From Moniliella sp. 'wahieum' (Eukaryota), in assembly GCA_003971905.1 (NCBI GenBank), contig RSEE01000006.1, forward strand, positions 1,054,001 through 1,118,000: a stretch of 64,000 bases of DNA, in the 5' to 3' direction. The position numbers were made by a program, and so were the translations under genes. The notes under the pieces are model-generated. The model was given only the letters and a program-made list of their open reading frames with translations. It searched no databases and had not been told where the DNA came from. This document shows, piece by piece, positions 42,639 through 55,323 of this stretch (positions are counted from its first letter, which is position 1; every line of letters begins with the position of its first letter).

Positions 42639-43343
42639 CCACCAAGAAAGCCCCTTTGCATCACCATCGTGCCACAGGACACACTGGCCCCTCCTCAGCT
42701 CAGGCAGAGTTCACGAGGTCTCTTTGCCCGGCCCTCCCCTTCTGTCTGCTGCCACACGCCAACGACGCGATTGGAATCAAGGGCCCAATGTTCCAATGCA
42801 GGCCGGGGGTGACCGGTGAAGCTTCATGAGGTTGAAGCTAGGCTAGTAGTGAGCAGATGTGCGGGGCCAAATCCGCGGAATCAGTTGCCTCGTCTCTTCC
42901 CGACGATCTCCTCTCTCTCCTCCAGTCTCCTGCGGATGATCGATGAGGTCCAAGACCTAGGATGCCAGTGTTCCATGTGCCCATGGCGAGGCATCGTTCC
43001 CAACACTGGCCGGGTGCGTGCCGGGCGGAGGGCGTGTGGATCCACGCGAGGGATCCAGGCACGGCGCCCAGGCGGGTTAGGTAGGTGGACCCTAGGAGGA
43101 AGGAGACAAGCGTGGAGAGAGGCGTGGTTACGTAATCCAACTCGTGTGCGCCCGACACGCCACACTGCCCTTCTGCTTGCGCGGCCCCCTGCAAACCAAG
43201 GCCAAGAACCCGCCCGAGTGCCACTGGCGCCGACAGTAAAGGCCGCGCATTCTTCTGCACCACCATCCTCGCTTCTGCCCTCGGCCCTCGGCCCGCCTCC
43301 CCATCCCCCACCCGTTCGTCTCTCCTTTCCAGTTCTCTCCAAC

Positions 43344-44110
43344 ATGTCCGCCGCCGTCACCAATGTGCGTTCTTTCTCTTTTCTTCTTTTCATACGCCGC
43401 TATGTGTGCTGGCGCTGGCCAGTTGCTACGCCTGCCCCTCTGCCCTTTTGCGGCACCTCGTGCGTGCTTCGCTTGGGAGATGGGATGCACCATGCCACGT
43501 CTTCCCTTGTCCGGTGGCGATGTATGACTGACATTGGCTCGTTTTTTTTGTTGGATAGATGGCCCTGATGTTTGGGGCCATGCAGGTTGCCAAGAAGATT
43601 CCGTTTGAGGAGCAGCCGGAACTGGTCAACTATGCGCGGATTGCGTATGTGTCGGTGCAGCTCTTCACGCTTGCTCTGTTCTATTACTGCACACTCAAGG
43701 TCAAGGCCAAGAACGACTTGACGGTGCTCAAATACGTGCAGCCCAAGAGCCCGCTGTCGCAGGAGGGCGGGGAGCTGATCACGACGACGCACCGCGAATA
43801 CGACCTGGGCGAACTGCAAAAGTCGATCCGGGGCGTGTTTACCGGGTTCATTTTCATGGCGGTCATGCACCTCTACCTCGGCTACACCCAGCCTTTGGTG
43901 ATGCAGTCGATTATGCCGCTCAAGAACACGCTCGAGTCGAAAGAGGTGCAGATTTGGGTATGGGGCAAGGCCGCGGCCGGTGAGCTCAAGCGTCCGTTTG
44001 TTGCCGCTCCTGGCTTGTTTGGTGCAGCTACCGGGGCTGCGCAGCACAACCCGACCGACAAGGCCGCCATCAAGCAGGCCGAGGCGGCAGCCACCAAGAA
44101 GAGCGAGTAA
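43344..44110 (+). CDS. PHO88: Pho88/Snd3 ER membrane protein (exon 1 43344-43364, exon 2 43559-44110)
   Basis: MSAAVTN|MALMFGAMQVAKKIPFE; KNDLTVLKYVQP; TTTHREYDL; MHLYLGYTQPLVMQSIMPLK; WGKAAAGELKRPF. Confidence 0.95.
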
Positions 44111-44552
44111 GCTCAAGTGCGATGCCCACCCAGCCTTTTTCTCGGCTCGGGCAGGATCGGATCCCCAGACGGTCCTTGGACATTGTGAGTTGATGCATTG
44201 GGGTTTGAGCCGCGTGTTCTTGGCGCAGCAATAGTCCAATTGCCATGATAACCTTGTCCTGCCTCTCTGCCCTGAGCGTCCCTGACGTAGATAGCTAGCT
44301 CCTCGGATCGATGGCTCCACAAGGCGACTGGGGCGTGGCGGGCATTTAATCCAATACTCGCCGCCGTTTCCGCAGGCCGTCCGATGCCTGACGTTGTGAG
44401 AGCCTCAGAGCGTTGTCTATTTCCCAGTGGCTCGGGCGTCCTTGGAGCTGGACTAAGCTTGGATCTTCTGTATTTTGCACGGCTGCAAGATGGTACAGAT
44501 AAAGAAAAGTGTATCTCATTTCCTGTATCAAAGCCCAAAAGTGTAAGAAAAG

Positions 44553-44638
44553 GGTTCCATATTGTAGTTGGTTAGCAAGTAGGATTCTGACACTTTCGTC
44601 GTATTCCTGAAACCTGGGTTCGAATCCCAGTGGGACCT
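44553..44638 (+). tRNA. tRNA-Gln(CTG) with 13-nt intron (44591-44603)
   Basis: Acceptor stem GGTTCCA/TGGGACC; anticodon arm TAGGA-TTCTGA|T-TCCTG; T arm CTGGG-TTCGAAT-CCCAG; downstream TTTTT Pol III terminator. Confidence 0.93.
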
Positions 44639-45792
44639 ACTTTTTGGGATTTTGGCCTTTATTCTTCATCGCATGCGTTTCCGCACCCGCTCCTGAGGCA
44701 ACTGGCGGCGGCGACAGGACCAGTACCTAGTATGAGTGGCTCTGGCAAACTAGGCGACAGGCCAGGCAGGCCCACGTGGGCGTCCCACGCAAGATTTGGA
44801 CTAGGATCGGGAGGTGGCGGCACCGCAACCTTCTGGAGGGGGCGGGACGGGATGCGTCGCTGGGGTTGGCCACTGCTGTCGCCGCCACGCCTCCCGCCGT
44901 GGTCCGGGGGCAGGTGAGCGCACGCGACCGGCCGGCGGAGGGACTAGGGAGCATTGAACATTGCACATTGCACGCTGCACATTGAACATTGAACACGTGC
45001 GCATTGGTATGGGCACGCGGCACGCGACCCCGCGGTGGCTTGTCGATCGTGCGGGGGTACCCGGAACCCGCCCACACGACGCCATCCCATGTCGCCCGAC
45101 CCGACTCGGCTTGTGCTGAGTCCTGGCGGCGCTGGGACGCAGCATGGCCTGCCTCAGGCTCAGGCCCCATCGAATCCCTCATCGACCTCATCGATCATCG
45201 CAGGCCGACGCTGTCTGGGAGCATCCGCCGCGGGCGGCTGGGCTTCCGACCTCAGAGCGCCTCAGCGCCAGTGACTAGTGACAAGTGCCTAGCCACGGGC
45301 TGCGGCAGCTGGGAGGCGTCTGTACGGCAGGCATCAGGCGCCTGCCTGGGGCCTGAGGCTCGTGTGATCACACTTGGGACAATGCGCAAGACGGGGAAAG
45401 TGGCTGGGCGAAAGAGGGCGGGGGAGCAGGATGGGGTACGGGGACTCTGTGTGGTATATGTGCTGCGTGTAGGCGCTTGTCGACCTCTGCTTCCCCCCGT
45501 GGCGCACGTGGCATGCCCTCCCCGCCAACTGCTCGCGACGCACAGACCTCCGCGCCCGACCCTCTGATCTGAGCTTCTGGAGCCGTCTGTAACCCTGCGC
45601 CCTGCTGGGGCCGGTCTGAATCAGCCACGAGTAGGAGCGCTCGGGAGATGGTGCCGGGCCAAAGAAAAGCGGCTCGGACGAGCGCAGCTTCAATCCTGTC
45701 CTCTCCTACCCTCTCAACCACTCTCCATCCTCGCCCCCGCTTTCTGCTTCTCCCCCATCACCCTCCCAACTCCAATCGGCGTTGCTTCCAGT

Positions 45793-47272
45793 ATGGCTCC
45801 TCCGACGCTACCCTCCCCTGCCTCTCCGGCCCCTGCCCCGGCCCCTCGAGGTCGTAGAGACGGGGCACGCCGGGCGCTGCATTCCCAAATCGAGCGAAGA
45901 AGGAGAGAAAAGATCAATGACCGTCTGATCGCACTGCGAAACACTGTGCCGTCATGCGCACTCCTCATGGCCGACCGGCTCGGGTACAAGGTACCCCTTA
46001 CGGGGCCTCTTGCGGAGCGCTATACCGTGGCTCCACCCCCTCTCACCTCGACGCCAAGCCAAGAGGCGGACGTCCCCCCTCCTCGCTCTCGACGTCGCGG
46101 GCCGCCCCCTCCTCCTCCCAATTACGAGGAGGAACTGGGTTTGCACAAACTCGATGTACTCACGCATACTGTTGGTCCGTATTCCCCCCTCCCCACGCAG
46201 CTCTCTCTTCCGGGCGGACTGGCTAACCTGAGCCACACCGACAGATTATATCACCGAACTGCACGCCTACATTGACACTCTGCTGGCAAAGCAGGCCACC
46301 GCCGTCGCCCACCAACCGTCCTCGTCCGAGTGTGGCACGGTCCCCGTGTCCTCCTCCAGTCCGCTCAAACGCACATTTAGTTCTTCTTCCACCGATGAGA
46401 CCGTGTCGGAGCCGGACCTGGTCAATCCCAGGGGCATGTCGGCGGACATGTCTGCTGCGCACCGACGTGCCTTGCCCCTTCTGCACCGTTGGCACCCTCT
46501 GGGCGCACAAGCTCGAGCAAGCCGCATTACCCTGCCCATCTCTCCCGTCTTCCTGCGGCCGAGCGGGCTAGCTCGCACACCGAGACGAGCTTGCACCACT
46601 ACAGCCTCTCCAGCCCTTCTTCCCAACCGCCCGAACCGCGGTGGTGGCCCACTTCCTTCTCGCCTTCCATGCAAGGGAACCACCCGAGCGAAGTACGGGG
46701 GCTGGATACGCCGGGCCTTGTAGGCGGCCTGGGAGCTCCGGCGCGGGGAAGTGTGGCATCCGGTCCGTCCGAAGCGGCTTCCAGTGTCGCATCACCTCGC
46801 AGCGGCGAGCTGGGCAGTTGCGCCAACCGCGCTGACCCCCCACTGCGTCTGCCGAGCCCGTTGAGTTTACCCTTGGCGGCTGCGCCGCTCTACTCGGCGT
46901 TGCCGCCACTGTGTCTGCCGCCTGGACCGGGCCAGCGAAAGGGCCGAGGCGAGGCGGGCGAGACAGAGCTACGTCGGCCCGATGCCCAGTAAGCCCGGGC
47001 CGGCCTTGGCTGGTCTCGGGCCCCGTTCGGCCGCGCATACCCATGCCCATGCCCATGCCCATGCCCGTTCGTCCTCGACGGTAGAGGACGATGCGCAGCT
47101 GTTGCTCCTCCTCCGTACTTCCCCGCCGCATGCGCTGGGAGCCCAGGCCGTGCCCTTACGTGCCCCGTCTCGCCCTGGCTATCCGGAACCCCGTGCTACC
47201 CCCTTGCGCTCAGCTCCTCACCCTGCCGACCTGGGCCCGGCCAAACGGCCGCGACTTGGATCGCTGTATTGA
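45793..47272 (+). CDS. bHLH transcription factor (one intron at about 46174-46244; frameshifted)
   Basis: RRALHSQIERRRREKINDRLIALRNTVPSC ... LHKLDVLTHTV|DYITELHAYIDTL; C-terminal AQLLLLLRTSP and PAKRPRL. Confidence 0.9.
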
Positions 47273-47933
47273 TGCATCTGCCTGCCCCCTTTCCCGCTCC
47301 GAAACGACCCGACGGTGTTCGGTGCCTACGTAGAAGTAGACTGGACAATAGAAGGGACGTTTGCGTTTGCGTTTGCCTTCTTGTGCGTGGGGGCTCCCGG
47401 CCCGACCCTCCTACTGATGCATGTTATTGGTCTCCCTGCCTGTGCTGGTTCGTAGCTGCCCCGCAACGCACCGCCGATCTGAAGGCTGCAACTATCATAC
47501 TTGGGCCCAGGCACCTGCACCACTAGCGTTCCGCACCACCGAATTTCAGGAGACAGACGAGGTTCGGCAGAGGTTCTGGGCTTGGGGGGTACCGAGGCGG
47601 GCAGCCAAACGCGAGATATAAAGGGGGGGCAGGGTAAAGTCCGAGTCCAATCCGCGTCGCGGCACCTGTTTCGACCGCCATCGAACCCAAACCACCTTGG
47701 GAGAAGAGGGGTGCGAACCCAGGGCCGGTGCCAGCTGCGGCGGGACAAACGAGGGGCCAAAATGGAACTAGACGGACGACCAAGGGTGATGAAAGCAGTC
47801 GGGTGGCAGCAAGGCAAACTAAAGTAATGCGAGCAAAGGAGGAGGCAGAGCGGCCCAACGGCAGGTAGGCGATGGACCAAGGTAGGAGGAATGTGCCGTT
47901 TGTAGCAACGAGCTTCGTCAGGTCCCAACGCAG

Positions 47934-49189
47934 CTAGGCTACCGCCGCCACAGTGGGCGTTCCTCCGACGCAGTGGCGAGTCTGGGCCGGCGGGGGGGTC
48001 GAGGCGGTTGAAACGGACAAGGCCGGGACGGCAGGGACGGTACGTTGGGTTAGTGGCCGGGCTGCCACGGCGTCATGTGCGGTGGAACGAGCGTGCTCGG
48101 GAGCGGCGGGCCGCTTTGCTTGGTGCACTTGTCGCTTCCACGTCTTCTTTGCGGCCTGGTCACGCAATTTGGCCAGCTTGGCGCCGGTCATGCGCGTACC
48201 GAGGAGCACGTCAAAGTGGATGAAAAACGGCTGGGAATAGTTGCACCGCAGACCTTGGAGTTGGTGATGAATGTCATGGTACTCGGCCGTGTTGGGGAAG
48301 ACGAGGTGCAGGGGATCGATCCACCAGGGGAACGCGTACCCGCCATGATCGTCCACCGTTTTGAGCGTGGAGAAGAAAAAGAGCAAGATGCCTTGGCGGA
48401 TGGTCATGAGACTTAGGGTGTAGGACACGGCGGCACCTAAGCTATCCAGCACCAAGCCTTCCACAGGATGGTTGTAGAGCGCGCCAAACGAATAGGGAAC
48501 ATAGAGCCGGTGGTGATGGCTGTGCAAGTGGCGGTACTGGAACCGGGACTCGTGCGCGGCACGGTGCCAAAAGTACTGCCACGTGTCCATGACCAAGAAC
48601 GCGCACCAGTACTGGGCAAGTGGGATGCCCCACCAGTAGAACGAGCTCGCTGCCGCCGGCCCCCACTGGGCCGAAGGCACTGGCACGCTCCTGTCCCAGT
48701 ATGCAGGCCACAATGCGGCTCACATAGTGGCCCACCACGCCCATCGCGGCGCGGTGGTCTATGGTCGCTTGAGCATGGATCACTTCCTCCGACTCGAGGA
48801 CAACGATCCCCAGCAGGGTCTGGACGAGCTGTTGGACAGCGACCATTTTGATGACCTGGGTCTTGGACACCTTGTTGCGTGCCTTGATCTCCTCGGGCTC
48901 GTGGATGCGGTAGCGCTCGAAAGGGCCATTGCAACCAGTCGATCAGCTGGTAGACCATGCTGTAGACCCAGTAGACCAGGACCGGGGCTGCGAGGGAGAG
49001 GTACTTGTCGCTGAGCCCAGGCCACAGACTCTCGCGCTGTGTGTGGTAGATGGGATAGACCAGCTGAGCTGGGGCGAGGTCGAGGGAGGCAAGCGGATGG
49101 GAGGACGGCAAGGGCGGGATGAACGTGTCGGCCACCCGGAGCGCATATGGCAGCAGCGGCAGCGGCAGCACCGCTGTCGTCTCGTTCAT
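47934..49189 (-). CDS. SUR2: Sphinganine C4-hydroxylase (fatty acid hydroxylase superfamily)
   Basis: SDKYLSLAAPVLVYWVYS; RYRIHEPEEIKARNKVS; MDTWQYFWHRAAH; HLHSHHHRLYVPYSFGALYNHPVEG; KTVDDHGGY; YHDIHHQ..NYSQPFF. Confidence 0.96.
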
Positions 49190-50421
49190 TGCGGACACCC
49201 TCGCAGGAGAGGAGAGTGGACGCAGAGGAGGTGGAAGGCAGGTCTCGGAAATGGGACGCGGAGCTCTCCAACTGTGCTCACGCGCCCTGAGGGTAAGGGC
49301 TAGGACGATCAAGCACGATTGGCTGCGGTTCTCGAGTGGAAGAGAGACGTCGTTTGAAGCTTGCTAGTTGTAATAAGCATCGCCCTTTAGTGTCTGACGC
49401 TTGAACTTCAAGTGAAGCTTGACATGGAAAATGGACACTTGACGAGATGATCATCAATCGACATCAATCACTTCACACACGTACAAGGGTTTGGTTGGCG
49501 TAGCAACCTGTAGCAAGAACCCAGTAGCACACCAACCAGTCGCCGTTCGTCCCTAGCCACATCCCACGTCACACACATTGTACCTCCGCCTCACATGGCT
49601 GATGGCTACGTGGCGGGACACTGCGCTCCTGCCGCGTCGCCCAAACCAACTGTAACTAGGTAACTTGTGATCGATACCCGATCTAAGAGATCTAATCCTT
49701 TTCTCTCCCCAATCATTAATCAAGCTTCAAGCGAATCCATCCGAGGCGATCAGACTGGCGCTGATCGAGATCGCGCATCAAAAGTCAATCGCAACGCGTT
49801 TTGCCAAGACCGTTCCGGCAGGTTCCGACCTGTTCCGACTATAGTATAGCTTGAAGCTTGAAGCTCTTGAAGCTTGGGCTTGACGGGTGGAAGGAAGGGA
49901 AAAGCCGTGATCTGTGTCCAGCTGGTCACCAGTGTCACCCACCTGTTGTCGACGCTACGACGGCAGTGGGGAGCTGAGTTGGGCGTTCAGCGGAATCGGA
50001 GGCGGAGCCAAGGGAAATGACTCGGAGTGAAAAGGGAATGTCACTAAGTTCGAATCAATCCCCTTAACCACTCGGCACGTTGCCTTTGGGCTAGGTGCCC
50101 GGTTCAAAAAAGAACCCATTTATGGGTGCCGTCGTTGAATTGTATAGGCCGGTGGGAAGCTCCATCATCATCGCTCATGTTCCCATCCAGTTAGCACGGC
50201 ACGACTAAGAACCTGTTCCTGGCAACCAAGCCTCTGATCTTATCCTCGCCTGACCAGCCTGACCCACGTTTCCCCGCCCTTCGAATGGTGTGGGAAGGAG
50301 ACTATACCCGATGCATCACCCGACCTGCTGCAGAGTCCTCAGCTGAGCCATGGTATTCGCTCCTCCTTGGCATACGCACTTAGCACAGTCTGGCCCAGTC
50401 CACACACATATGTCCTCCCAC

Positions 50422-51148
50422 TCAGGCGTCGGGGAAGAAGTTGACGAGGCCATTGGTCTTGAAAGACTTCTTGCGCAAGCGCTCGCGTTGCACCTGGTCC
50501 CACACGCGCGATCAGTCTCGTGGTCTCGGTGCGGGGCGAAGGCACAAAAGGAAGGGGACGAGGACGTACCAATTGAACCTTCTCGCGGACCGCCTGGGCA
50601 AATTTACGGTAATGACGTTCTTTCTTGATGCGGCGACGGGCGGGCGGTAGGGCGTTCAAAGTACGCTTGGTTGCGGAACTGGCGACGGACATTGTTGTCG
50701 CGCAGGATCTCGTTGAGGTTGCGCAGGGCGGATTGGACATTGCCATACTTGACCGGGACCGTACGACCAGTGTAGGGCGTAAAGTTGTTGGTGTACCCAC
50801 GCAACGGGCGGATGCGGAAGGCGGCCTCAAACTCAGCCTCCGTCAGCGGCGTCCCGCCGTGCCGCTCGATCCCGTACTTGGGCTTCTCCGCTGCCACGCG
50901 CATCGGCTTCATCACCCTTCCGGGCGACGCGGCAAACAGCTTTTGCAGCGGAGCCGCCAGCTCCTCGTTGCTGGAACCAGGGGGGAAGGGTCGTGGGCAC
51001 TCTTGTGCCGGCCCACCGGTTTGCTCGCACACGCCGACGTGTGGAGCGCACGCGCCGACACGCACGCCGAAACCGATGCAGGCGACAGGGCAGGAAGCGC
51101 CGCACGCAGCTGGCCCAAGCTCGCAAACGTACTGCGGACCAACGACAT
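50422..51148 (-). CDS. MRP21: Mitochondrial ribosomal protein bS21m (MRP21-like), one intron near the 3' end
   Basis: Presequence MSLVRSTFASLGQLR; TGRTVPV..NVQSALRNLNEILRDNNVRRQFRNQAYFERPT..RRRIKKERHYRKFAQAVREKVQL. Confidence 0.85.
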
Positions 51149-51841
51149 GCTCGTTCGTTCGTCCTCGCCCGCAGATGGTAGGGGTAGCTCGTGGCCAGGT
51201 CGACCGTTGCATCGCCCAACTTGCTTCGCCCGCCGCCAGCCTTCTGCCTTCCTATTCCGCCCGTGCCTGTTCCGCTCCGCCCCCGCCCACGTGACTCGGG
51301 TGCCAACGGGGGCCTTGCCCTTGCGTCTCCGCGTGGGGTTTTCAAATTTCAAGGCGAGTCCTGACCTGCGCATTACCCACTCGGGACCATGGCCACCCGC
51401 CTCTGCAGGCTTGGGGCAGGTGGCACCGCCTGGGCGGGCGAGGCTTTGGCCGTCTTCGGTCGTGCGCACCGCGTCCCTTCTCTACGTCGACCACGACTTA
51501 ACTCCACGTTCAGTTTCAGCTGGGACGCTCAACGTCCTGCCAGCGCGAGCCTAGCGCCTAGGAAGGGGGAGGCGAGCTACAGGGGGTTCAGGACACCGGA
51601 CCCGGGACAAGAACCAAGCTCATCAAGAACAAAAGTACATGTGGCGCGCAAGATCATGGGTCGAGAGATGGAGGGCGGCAGGGCAGGAGGGAGAGACGGA
51701 TCGATACGACAAAGCTGCAGTTTGTGGCTACACGACAGCGGGCAACCGGGGTTGGGGGGGGGGGGGGGCAAGGCAGCAGGATCCAGACAAGGGAAACGAG
51801 TGTGGGTGCGGGAGCAGAGCGTGGCAGAGCAGGGAAGGGTA

Positions 51842-53650
51842 TCAAAAGACAGATGGCGGAGGAAAGGGGGGGGGGGTAAGGGCGTGGGTAGACATGGGGG
51901 TGCGAGGCACAGAAACTAGGATACCGACTGGCGGGGGAAGACGAACGCGTCCAGTTCCTGTTGCGCGGCGGTGCGGCGGCGTGTTGTGTAGGTGCCCCTG
52001 GTGCGGAGAGGAGTGGGAGTAGGAGCAAGGGGGGAGCGGGTTAGGATTGGAGTCAGGCACAGAGGTAGAGGAAAGGACGCGGGGCAAGACCGTGGAAGTC
52101 ATGGTCGTAGTAGAACTTTGGCTGGACAGGTCGGGGCCTTGAGACTGGGACTGGGATTGGGATTGGGATTGGGATTGGGATTGGGATTGGGATTGGGATT
52201 GGGATTGGGATTGGGATTGGGATTGGGATTGGGATTGGGACTGGGACTGGGGATCGGGAGGGGAGAGAGGAGCTGTGGTCTCGTCTGCTGCACCCTCACC
52301 CGGTCCCTCGTCCGCCTCGTTCCCCTCTGGCACCACATCCGGATGCTCTTCGATCCATTCATCCCCTTCCTCGGGGGTGAGGTGGCGCGAGGTTCGGTTG
52401 AGCCCCGAGCTAAGCCGCGGCTTGGACCGAGCGGAGCGGTTGGATCGGGTAGATGTGCGGCGCGCCAGGAAGGTGGCACCTCCTTTGCCAGATGCACTGG
52501 GCACTCTTCGAACGGAGCGGCTGGAGGACCGCGAAAGCGGGCGGACGGGGGCGGACTTGTCCCGAGATTGAGATACGGGAGCCGGCGTGTCGGAGGACAG
52601 GGTGGGCAAGGGAAGCGGTTCACTGACCGGACTGGAGAGGAAGTTGGGATGAAGGGTCTTGCGCTTGCTCCACAACTTGGCCAAACCATTCGGCTTGCCC
52701 TTGCCCTTACCTTTGCCCTTGCCCGTGCCCTTGCCGGTGGATGCAGCCTCTTGGTCCGGGGATGGGCTCAGAATGGCCGACTTGGCCCCCGCCGAGGTGG
52801 GAAGGGGAGGGACGGGGGATGGGAAATTTGCGGGGCTTTGGCTGTGTTGATTGCTGGGCTTGCTTTTGCTGCTTGGCCTGCTTGGCATCATGCGCGCGAA
52901 CCATACGATCGACCTTGTGGAGGTCCTTGAGCATCGCTGCCTCAGCTTTGAGCTTGGCCTTTTCCGCTTTGGCAGCCTGCTTGGACGCTTGCACGCCGCC
53001 CGACGTTCCGCCAAGCTCCGTCTGCGGGTGCGCAGCTTGCTCGTCGCCTGGGGCTTCTCTCTCGGTGCCCGCAGAGGCAGAGACGCGCATAGGCTCAGTC
53101 TGGCGCGAAGCCACCGCAGGCGACGAGACGACCGAAGTCGAACCACGCTCCTCTTCAACCACAGGCGCAGGGCAGGCAACCTCGGCGTCTGACGTGCCCG
53201 CCATGTTGTCGACTGAGCTCGAGTGGGAATTGGCCATCCAGGAAGCATGAGTTGTCCCCGATCCTGAACCCGAGCCTGACCCGAGCCTGATCCGGACCCC
53301 GACCCGGACCCAGAGGCAAAGCGAGAAGCAAGGGGGCGCGAGGAGGCCGGACGGGCGGAGCAGGCGGGTGGTCTGACGTCTCTGGGCTGGGCTGGGACAC
53401 GGGCGCGGTTGCCGCCCCAGGACAAGCAGCAACCATTTCGGGTGAGAGGGGAGATGAGACCGCGCGTGTTCGTGTTCTTCCCTTCGGGGCCGAGAGCGGG
53501 ATCTGGCGCGGCAGTGTCACCGGGGGCGGCCAGTCTGCCCCGGCTTCGGCATGGCCAGACTTGCGGAGTGGAAGAAGGATCCAATACTGCAGGTGGGGGG
53601 TCGCGCTGGCGCGGGGCAGGCGCAGTCGGGGTGCTGGCCCCCTCCCTCAT
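51842..53650 (-). CDS. Hypothetical low-complexity protein (may be the 3' part of a gene starting at about 55323)
   Basis: Coding-like segments QASKQAAKAEKAKLKAEAAMLKDLHKVDRMVRAHD and GLAKLWSKRKTL..EEGDEWIEEHPDV; in-frame (QS)n tract. Confidence 0.5.
   Translation of the reverse strand: MREGASTPTAPAPRQRDPPPAVLDPSSTPQVWPCRSRGRLAAPGDTAAPDPALGPEGKNTNTRGLISPLTRNGCCLSWGGNRARVPAQPRDVRPPACSARPASSRPLASRFASGSGSGSGSGSGQARVQDRGQLMLPGWPIPTRAQSTTWRARQTPRLPALRLWLKRSVVRLRSSRRLRWLRARLSLCASLPLRAPREKPQATSKLRTRRRSLAERRAACKRPSRLPKRKRPSSKLRQRCSRTSTRSIVWFARMMPSRPSSKSKPSNQHSQSPANFPSPVPPLPTSAGAKSAILSPSPDQEAASTGKGTGKGKGKGKGKPNGLAKLWSKRKTLHPNFLSSPVSEPLPLPTLSSDTPAPVSQSRDKSAPVRPLSRSSSRSVRRVPSASGKGGATFLARRTSTRSNRSARSKPRLSSGLNRTSRHLTPEEGDEWIEEHPDVVPEGNEADEGPGEGAADETTAPLSPPDPQSQSQSQSQSQSQSQSQSQSQSQSQSQSQSQSQSQSQGPDLSSQSSTTTMTSTVLPRVLSSTSVPDSNPNPLPPCSYSHSSPHQGHLHNTPPHRRATGTGRVRLPPPVGILVSVPRTPMSTHALTPPPFPPPSVF
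52145..52251. repeat. (TTGGGA)14 flanked by CTGGGA units; encodes (Gln-Ser)n on the minus strand
   Basis: 14 perfect TTGGGA units at 52157-52240. Confidence 0.95.
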
Positions 53651-53749
53651 TCAGCTCGTTGGACTCGGGACGTGGGGTTGCAGGCATCGTGTCGGCCGCA
53701 TGGAGGTAGGAGGGACAGGGTCGGGGGTAGGGAGGTGGGGCGGTTCATC

Positions 53750-55323
53750 TAATACGGGCACCGCGGCCGGGTGCTCCTTTTTCTTGCGCAAGCCCAGGCC
53801 AAAAAAGGAAACGTTGCACGGCGCTGTCTCTTCTCGGAGGAAGGTGAAGGGTGGGGTGGATTAGCAGCCGTAGGAGCTGGGGACAGGGGAGGGGCAGGGC
53901 CGGTAGGCACTGGAGCCTGGGACGGTGCCGAATTCAGCACGACAGCATGTTGGAGTTTGACCTGGGCCTTGCCTGCCGAAGCAAGAACGGCGCGTGCGGT
54001 GGTACTAAGACGAGAGGTGGGCGTCCCCGACGCGGTGGCTGGCATCTCGGGCGCTGATGAGCGGGTGTGGCATCGGGGCTCGGGCCCGGGTCGGTAGAGG
54101 GCACAGGGACTGGGGTAGAGCCAGCATGCAATGCTTCGCCCTCCATTCCTTCTTCTCGCCTTGCAGTATGATCTGGCCCGTGAGCCTGGTCAAGTGGATG
54201 ACAGCTCCGCAGGAGGGGACGCAGGAGCATCCGAGTGGCCCCCTGGCCCCGGAAAAGGAGAGGCTTGAGGAGTTGCCCATACTTCGGATTGCGAGCTGAA
54301 GGAGTATCGTTCCCCAGTGGGGGTAGGCGGTGCGATTGGTGCTGCTTGGGGGACCCGAAAGAGGAGGGGAGGAAAGGTGGCCTGTGTACACTGTGGGTTG
54401 GACGAGCGGCACTGTCCTCCATCCCCGGCGGAACGGCGGAAGGACGACATGTTCAACGTGTTGCTCGTCCGAGGAGGTTGCTGGCGAGAAGAGCGAATGG
54501 AGACATGGTCCACCTCTGCCCACTGGGCGAACAGGTCGGCGGGCTGAGGCTCGGCGGGCGGCATCCAGTCCTGGAGCCAGGAAGAGGAAGGGGCAGATTG
54601 CTCCGAGCCTGGCGAATCGAGTGGCCGATTGAATACCATGGAGCGGCGCTTGGATGGCGGGACAGTGACCTCGGCTGTGGTCGCCCCGCCTTCATCCAAG
54701 TCGGAGGTGACGGTCACGTCAGGGATGGAAAGTGGCTGCGGCGCTTGTGGGAGCGCACACAGCGTCCGTCGACGCTTGCAGCTGGGCGCGTGAAGAACAA
54801 TAGAGGCCTCGGCTGCCATTTCACAGGGCAAGCTGAGCTGCTGTACGCCGGCCACGACGGCGCACCAAGGATCCATTGATCGGGAGCTTGCATTCCATCG
54901 GGCAGAAGGCCATCCGGCGACCAGCGCATCGGCCAGCAAGGCAGCGCCATGCTCAGGCGGTACGGGATGGGACCGACCGCGCCCTGGGCCTGAGGCGGGA
55001 CGTAGGGCCAAGGCTCTTCAAACGCCGTAGGTGTCGTAGCCGTAATCGTCTTCGTCTTCCGTCGTCGTCTCGCTGCATCCTCCTCCTCTTGCGCGTCAAA
55101 CGGGTGGGGGGCGGCGGAGGATAGGTGGCGGAGGATAGGTCGGGCAGATGGGGCGAGTGGGTCAGGTCTTCCGACTCGGCAGGCTCCTGGCCGTTGAGAC
55201 TGTCGGGAGGAGAGACAGTGGCGGTGGTGGAGTCGCTGTATCGCGAGAGCCGGCGAGGTCTGGGCGACTGGGAAGCGGCCCGGGGGCGGGGCGGGGTGGG
55301 CAGCAGAGACAGCCGCCATTGCG
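53750..55323 (-). CDS. Hypothetical disordered protein (frameshifted)
   Basis: Minus-strand ORFs MAAVSAAHP.., RRLSRYSDSTTATVS.., LSIPDVTVTSDLDE..PSKRRSMVFNRP..SEVWATPQASP. Confidence 0.45.

Noticed and set aside
52157..52240. TTGGGA array as a telomere or interstitial telomeric repeat
   Set aside because: Not TTAGGG, grades into CTGGGA variants, and sits in frame as Gln-Ser within an ORF.
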